DNA of 64,000 bases. Origin: an uncultured virus (IMG/VR IMGVR_UViG_3300030329_002226) (Duplodnaviria; Heunggongvirae; Uroviricota; Caudoviricetes). The translations under genes and the position numbers were made by a program. The stretch spans positions 1 to 64,000 of IMG/VR virus record IMGVR_UViG_3300030329_002226. One strand, written 5' to 3'. The number at the start of each line of letters is the position of its first letter. Positions within the stretch are counted from its first letter, which is position 1. Positions 59,293-64,000 of this stretch are shown in pieces. The notes under the pieces are model-generated. The model did no database searches. It saw only the letters and a program-made list of their open reading frames with translations, and was not told the origin of the DNA.

Positions 59293-59610
59293 ATGGCATC
59301 AATTATTAGAGCTAGTATTAATCTCAACAATATTGATAAAACAAAAATTGTTGAAGGAAAAAAAGGTAAGTATTTACCTATTGTAATTACAGTAAATGAT
59401 GAAGTGGATCAATTTGGAAATCAAGGTCCAATTACTGTAGCACAAAGCAAAGAAGAAAGAGAAGCTAAAGAGGCTAGAACTTATTTAGGTAATGTTCAAG
59501 TCGTATGGACTAATGGTCATAACGTGGAGGTAACTCCTAGACAAGATCAGCAATCTAAACCAAAAGCAACTCCAGTTACTAAACAAGTAGAAGACGATTT
59601 ACCATTTTAA
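59293..59610 (+). CDS. Probable single-stranded DNA-binding protein
   Basis: Acidic DDLPF C-terminus; between exonuclease and helicase. Confidence 0.6.
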   Translation: MASIIRASINLNNIDKTKIVEGKKGKYLPIVITVNDEVDQFGNQGPITVAQSKEEREAKEARTYLGNVQVVWTNGHNVEVTPRQDQQSKPKATPVTKQVEDDLPF

Positions 59611-59613
59611 TAT

Positions 59614-61326
59614 ATGATAGAACAAAACGAGATTAATGGATTTTTGATTGATAAGTTCAATCAACATAACTTAGAAGTTGGGAAGAAACAAGGGATTTGT
59701 CCTTTGTGCTCACATACTAGGAAACCTCAGAATAAGAAAGCTAAATGTTGTTCTTATGATTGGGAACGGGGTCTCGGAACTTGTCATAACTGTAATTCTA
59801 CATTTCAACTCCATACATATCAACGTAAAGGAGCTAGTGATAAAGAATATACTAGACCAGTAATAACTAAATACTTGCCAGTTAAGGATAAAGTTACTAC
59901 ATGGTTTGAAAAAAGAGGGATATCTCAAAGGACTTTGGACGACCTTAAAGTTGGTCAAGGTCCTGAGTATATGCCACAGACTGGCAAAGAAGAGAATACC
60001 ATTCAATTTAACTATATAATAGGTGATCAACTTATTAATGTTAAATATAGAGATGGTAGAAAGAACTTTAAATTATATAAAGGAGCAGAAAAAGTATTTT
60101 ATAATATTAATAGTATTGTAGGGTATGACAATTGCGTTATAACTGAAGGTGAAATGGATGTATTAGCATTACATGAAGCTGGTGTTACTAATGTTATTTC
60201 AGTTCCTAATGGCGCAACATTACATCATAACAATTTAGATTATCTTGATAATTGTATAGACTATTTTGAAGATAAACAAAAAATAATATTAGCATTAGAT
60301 ACCGACGAACCTGGATTAGCATTACGAAGAGAATTAGTTAGAAGACTAGGAGCTGAAGTATGTTACTTAATTGATTTTGAAGAATGTAAAGACGCTAATG
60401 AATACTTAATAAAACATGGCAAAGAAAAACTTAAAGAAACAATCCAAAAAGCAAGAGCATATCCACTCGAAAATGTCACAACGTTCAAAGATATTGAAGG
60501 AGACGTTAAAGACTTTGTCACAAACGGATTCAAACCAGGATTCCAAATCGGTTTACCAAACTTTGATAGAATATTTTCAACGTATACCGGGCAGTTCATT
60601 ACTGTTACTGGCATACCTTCTAGCGGTAAGTCTGATTTTGTTGACCAAATGGTTGTAGGATATAATAAACTATATGGTTGGAGAACAGGATTTGCATCAC
60701 CAGAAAATGCTCCTAATTATTTACATGCTCATAAGTTAATGAGAAAAGTTTGGGGTGATATGCCTCAACGAGATGATATTGGAGGTTCTAAATGGGATGA
60801 GGTAGCAAATCATGTTAATGATAATTTCTTTTTTATTGATATGGAGAAATACACATTAGAATCTGTATTAAGAAAAGGAGCTGAACTTGTTAAACGTAAA
60901 GGTATTAAATGTTTGGTTATTGACCCTTTTAATAAAGTTAGAGATAAGAATGCTTCATCAATAGATGTTAATATATATACTATGGAATATCTAACTAAAA
61001 TAGAAACATTTGCAAAGAAATATGATGTGTTAGTATTTATTGTAGCGCATCCAACTAAAATGTATAAAGATAAAGATGGGAAAATCGAAGAACCTAATAT
61101 GTATAACATTAAAGGTGGAGGAGAGTGGTATGACGCGAGTTATCACGGCATTCTTGTACACCGCGATTATATACTCAAGAACACGAAGGTCAAAGTACTC
61201 AAGGTCAAATTCCAAAATTTAGGAGAAAATGGAGGAGAATGCTTTTTTACTTGGGAACCTAAATCAGGTAGTTTTATTCCTCAAGTTACTGATGAATTAG
61301 AATTAGAAAAAATGCCATGGGAATAA
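59614..61326 (+). CDS. T7 gp4/Twinkle-like primase-helicase
   Basis: Zn finger CPLC...CHNC, TOPRIM ITEGEMD and DTD, Walker A GIPSSGKS. Confidence 0.9.
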   Translation: MIEQNEINGFLIDKFNQHNLEVGKKQGICPLCSHTRKPQNKKAKCCSYDWERGLGTCHNCNSTFQLHTYQRKGASDKEYTRPVITKYLPVKDKVTTWFEKRGISQRTLDDLKVGQGPEYMPQTGKEENTIQFNYIIGDQLINVKYRDGRKNFKLYKGAEKVFYNINSIVGYDNCVITEGEMDVLALHEAGVTNVISVPNGATLHHNNLDYLDNCIDYFEDKQKIILALDTDEPGLALRRELVRRLGAEVCYLIDFEECKDANEYLIKHGKEKLKETIQKARAYPLENVTTFKDIEGDVKDFVTNGFKPGFQIGLPNFDRIFSTYTGQFITVTGIPSSGKSDFVDQMVVGYNKLYGWRTGFASPENAPNYLHAHKLMRKVWGDMPQRDDIGGSKWDEVANHVNDNFFFIDMEKYTLESVLRKGAELVKRKGIKCLVIDPFNKVRDKNASSIDVNIYTMEYLTKIETFAKKYDVLVFIVAHPTKMYKDKDGKIEEPNMYNIKGGGEWYDASYHGILVHRDYILKNTKVKVLKVKFQNLGENGGECFFTWEPKSGSFIPQVTDELELEKMPWE

Positions 61327-61581
61327 ATGAGTCCTATAAAAAGAAAAGACAAAATGGGACAATATATGCCTACAGTAGAAGAATACAAGGCATACGCTTG
61401 GTGTATAAATAATTATATTTATATATCTCCATTTGCTACAGGAGAAGGAGCATGGTATATAGATATAAATTTAAATGGTAAAATACATAGATCTCCTGAA
61501 AGTTATGGTAAAGTAACTATATGGATAAAGATATATGAGTATTATAAATATTATTATAATAAATATGAAGACAAAGTTTAG
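61327..61581 (+). CDS. Hypothetical protein
   Basis: ORF track. Confidence 0.55.
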   Translation: MSPIKRKDKMGQYMPTVEEYKAYAWCINNYIYISPFATGEGAWYIDINLNGKIHRSPESYGKVTIWIKIYEYYKYYYNKYEDKV

Positions 61582-62209
61582 AAATGCTGAAGAAGCTTAT
61601 AATTATTTCTTTGATAAAATATTATTAGAAGGAATAAACTATGGGGATACAAAAGCTTTATTTAATATAGGATTTACTTTACAAAAACCTATGGAAAATT
61701 ATATTGTAAATGAAGAACGTAATTGGAAATTAAATTATGCTCAAGCAGAATGGGAATGGTATTTATCTGGAGATTCCAACATTGCTAAATTAAAAGAAAT
61801 ATATGGTAAAATACCAGCAATATGGGAGCGTATGGCAGATAGTTATGGATATGTTAATTCTAATTATGGTTGGCAATGGCAACGTAATGACCAGATAGAT
61901 TATGTAGTTGCAAAGTTAAAAAATTGTAAAGATACTAGACACGCGGCTATTAGTATTTATGACTGCAAAGAACATAAAATATATACCAAAGATACTCCTT
62001 GTACTTATGCAGTTCAGTTTTATATATTAAACAACGTGTTAAATATGTGTGTTGTAATGCGTTCTAATGATCTCTGGTATGGCTTCTGTAACGATCAATA
62101 TCAATTCAGTATGTTACAAAAAATGATTGCAGAGAGACTGTCTATTGAAATAGGAACTTATTACCATTTTGCACATAATTTACACTTATATAATAATAAA
62201 ATAAACTAA
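61565..62209 (+). CDS. Thymidylate-synthase-superfamily enzyme with dCMP hydroxymethylase signature (start revised from 61535)
   Basis: VNSNYGW, DTPCT, MRSNDLWYGFCND and NLHLY motifs. Confidence 0.8.
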   Translation: MKTKFRNAEEAYNYFFDKILLEGINYGDTKALFNIGFTLQKPMENYIVNEERNWKLNYAQAEWEWYLSGDSNIAKLKEIYGKIPAIWERMADSYGYVNSNYGWQWQRNDQIDYVVAKLKNCKDTRHAAISIYDCKEHKIYTKDTPCTYAVQFYILNNVLNMCVVMRSNDLWYGFCNDQYQFSMLQKMIAERLSIEIGTYYHFAHNLHLYNNKIN

Positions 62210-63000
62210 TGTATTATATATATCATATACCTGGTAAAAAAATTGGAGTTACACGTAATTTAGAAATGAGAGTAACTTTAATGCAAGGATATAAAAAAGG
62301 AGAGTATGAAGTTCTAGAACAAAATGAAGATATAAATTATATATCTAATAGAGAATTAGAATTACAAAATACTTATGGATATAAAATAGATAATCAATCA
62401 TATAAAGAATTAATAAATAATAATAAAAAGAAAATGAAAGTAAACGCAACTGAACAAACTACAACATTTCCTTGTCCACTTAATAAATTAAAAGGACGAT
62501 TAATGGATAATATAGGTATGACATGGAAAACTGACCATGGAGTATTTGTGTTAGATAAACATATGATTACATGGATAATGGATAATGCTAGAATATCTAT
62601 GTATAATAATGATAGAAGTTATGTATATAATAAAGCATTAGCTGAATGGTTTAATGAACGAAATAGTTTAGAATCTTTAATTGATTATAGTGATGATATA
62701 GAAAGAATAGAAGTATTTAACAAAATAAGATATTGGGCTAAATCTAGAGGTTTATTTGATAAAGGAGATACTAGAACTCAATATATTAAATTACAAGAAG
62801 AAGCAGGAGAATTAGCTAAAGCATTATTAAAAAATGATGAAGCAGAAATAATAGATGCTATTGGTGATATGGTAGTAGTATTAACCAATCTAGCTCACAT
62901 ACAAGGCGTGAGTATAGAAAGGTGTATAGCATACGCTTATGATATAATCAATAAGCGTACAGGTAAAATGATTAACGGAACATTTGTAAAAGATGAATAA
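62209..63000 (+). CDS. MazG-like NTP pyrophosphohydrolase with N-terminal GIY-YIG-like domain
   Basis: KLQEEAGELA...DAIGD C-terminal domain; YIY..KIGVT N-terminus. Confidence 0.7.
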   Translation: MYYIYHIPGKKIGVTRNLEMRVTLMQGYKKGEYEVLEQNEDINYISNRELELQNTYGYKIDNQSYKELINNNKKKMKVNATEQTTTFPCPLNKLKGRLMDNIGMTWKTDHGVFVLDKHMITWIMDNARISMYNNDRSYVYNKALAEWFNERNSLESLIDYSDDIERIEVFNKIRYWAKSRGLFDKGDTRTQYIKLQEEAGELAKALLKNDEAEIIDAIGDMVVVLTNLAHIQGVSIERCIAYAYDIINKRTGKMINGTFVKDE

Positions 63001-63268
63001 TTACACAGTAAAGACTGAAGATAGAATAGTACAAAAAGTTATCGAAAAGATAGATCAACGTAGTCTGGTTGGTCAAGCTAAGTACGGAGCAATGATGATG
63101 GAAGAAGTAGAAGGTAAAGATAAAAATTTAATGGACTTCTTAACTGATGTTCAAGAAGAAATAATGGATGCTTTATTATATATTCAAGCGGCAAAAGCTT
63201 GTTTAACTGATGAGATAGAAGAAGCAATGCTACGAAGAATAGAAGTACACGATGAAAAGGAAATATAA
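62993..63268 (+). CDS. Small all-alpha NTP-pyrophosphatase-like protein
   Basis: R..VG.AKYG...QEEIMDALLY pattern. Confidence 0.45.
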   Translation: MNNYTVKTEDRIVQKVIEKIDQRSLVGQAKYGAMMMEEVEGKDKNLMDFLTDVQEEIMDALLYIQAAKACLTDEIEEAMLRRIEVHDEKEI

Positions 63269-63698
63269 AAGAAAAAAAGGCCCTGTTAACAGTAAGAAAA
63301 TTACTGTTGACGGGATAACCTTTGCCTCAGGACTTGAGAAGTATATGTATCAAGCTTTGAAGAATGCGGGAATAGACGCGGTTTACGAAGGTAGAACATA
63401 CACTGTATTTCCTGAATTTGAATTTCCAAATATATCTATAGAAAGATGTGCTAATGGTAAAGGAGAGTATAAGAATAGAGGAGAAAAGAAAATACTACCA
63501 ATTAAATATACTCCAGACTTTATAGGAGATGATTTTATAATTGAATGTAAGGGTAGAGCCAATGAAAGTTTTCCTTTACGTTGGAAAATGTTTAAAAAAT
63601 ATGTAAGTATTGAATTACCTCATGTAATTATATATAAACCACAAAATCAAAAAGAATGCGACGAAACAATAAAGTACATCCAGCAGTTGCAAAAGTAA
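63252..63698 (+). CDS. T7 endonuclease I-like PD-(D/E)xK nuclease
   Basis: FASGLE, YTPDF and IIECKG motifs. Confidence 0.75.
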   Translation: MKRKYKRKKGPVNSKKITVDGITFASGLEKYMYQALKNAGIDAVYEGRTYTVFPEFEFPNISIERCANGKGEYKNRGEKKILPIKYTPDFIGDDFIIECKGRANESFPLRWKMFKKYVSIELPHVIIYKPQNQKECDETIKYIQQLQK

Positions 63699-63826
63699 TA
63701 GCTAGAAAAAAGTATGCCGAGCGTCAAATAGATAAATGGTGGAAATGGAGCTGGGAAAAAAGAAATAAAGTAAAATATAAAGAATTAGTAGAAAAACACG
63801 AACAATATAATATTAAATGTTATTAA
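63656..63826 (+). CDS. 56-aa basic hypothetical protein
   Basis: Manual ORF MRRNNKVHPAVAKVIARKKYAERQ... Confidence 0.4.
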   Translation: MRRNNKVHPAVAKVIARKKYAERQIDKWWKWSWEKRNKVKYKELVEKHEQYNIKCY

Positions 63827-63830
63827 AATT

Positions 63831-63977
63831 ATGAAAGAAAAACCCACATATTCAATAGAAATAGGAATATATCCAGGATTATTATTTGGAATAAGAACAT
63901 ATGATGAACCAGAACAAATTTCATTTGTAGCTTATATTCCTTTTATTGATTTTTGTATAACTTTTTACAAAGAATAA
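63831..63977 (+). CDS. 48-aa hypothetical protein
   Basis: Manual ORF MKEKPTYSIEIGIYPGLLFGIRTY... Confidence 0.5.
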   Translation: MKEKPTYSIEIGIYPGLLFGIRTYDEPEQISFVAYIPFIDFCITFYKE

Positions 63978-63978
63978 A

Positions 63979-64000
63979 ATGAGTTTATTTAAAGAAAGAA
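63979..64000 (+). CDS. Start of a gene truncated by the window end (MSLFKER, possibly ribonucleotide reductase beta)
   Basis: Only 7 codons visible; product is a guess. Confidence 0.25.

Noticed and set aside
555..61215. Antisense or nested ORFs in the track (e.g. 555, 7415, 14403, 16155, 25268, 28640, 29088, 29231, 30298, 32204, 35232, 35390, 36241, 36831, 36988, 38254, 42164, 43716, 44093, 47246, 52134, 56818, 57491, 59678, 59710, 60363, 60416, 60810, 61030)
   Set aside because: They are shadows of well-supported genes, with no motifs or start context.
1..64000. Stop-codon reassignment as in some crAss-like phages
   Set aside because: Long genes are intact in code 11, TAG and TGA end genes normally, and no suppressor tRNA was seen.
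1..64000. Prophage or host DNA
   Set aside because: No integrase, att site or host housekeeping block; groEL/groES sit inside the phage late arm under a phage-type promoter.

Overview
This window is about 64 kb of an AT-rich, probably lytic, podovirus-type phage genome, most likely infecting marine Bacteroidota (Flavobacteriia). The layout recalls crAss-like or Cellulophaga phi38:1-like phages; that placement is inferred from gene content, not from a search. The genome has two divergent arms that switch strand at about 50.0-50.3 kb. The minus-strand late arm (1-49976) carries an envelope or secreted-protein module, internal virion proteins including a 2633-aa polyprotein-like protein, tail genes, major capsid, scaffold, portal, terminase, holin, GroEL/GroES and long repetitive tail fibres. 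The plus-strand early and middle arm (50288-64000) carries promoter-ORF-terminator cassettes of small genes, structured non-coding RNA clusters, one tRNA-Met, an HTH regulator, a sigma-70-like factor, ERF, an exonuclease, SSB, primase-helicase, a thymidylate-synthase-family enzyme, MazG-like proteins and an endonuclease. The most notable observations are: (1) a 58-codon early gene whose only coding G is in its ATG; (2) two exact-spacing bipartite promoter families, one early and one middle/late, plus a sigma-region-2-like segment and a zincin motif inside the giant virion protein, suggesting an injected sigma-like factor; (3) 'armless' tRNA-like minihelices inside structured RNA arrays; (4) a G8 slippery site with a -1-frame extension on an ejection protein; (5) a dCMP-hydroxymethylase signature suggesting modified cytosine; and (6) a 43-bp palindromic operator overlapping the HTH gene start. 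All functional calls come from motif recognition by eye, with no database search.
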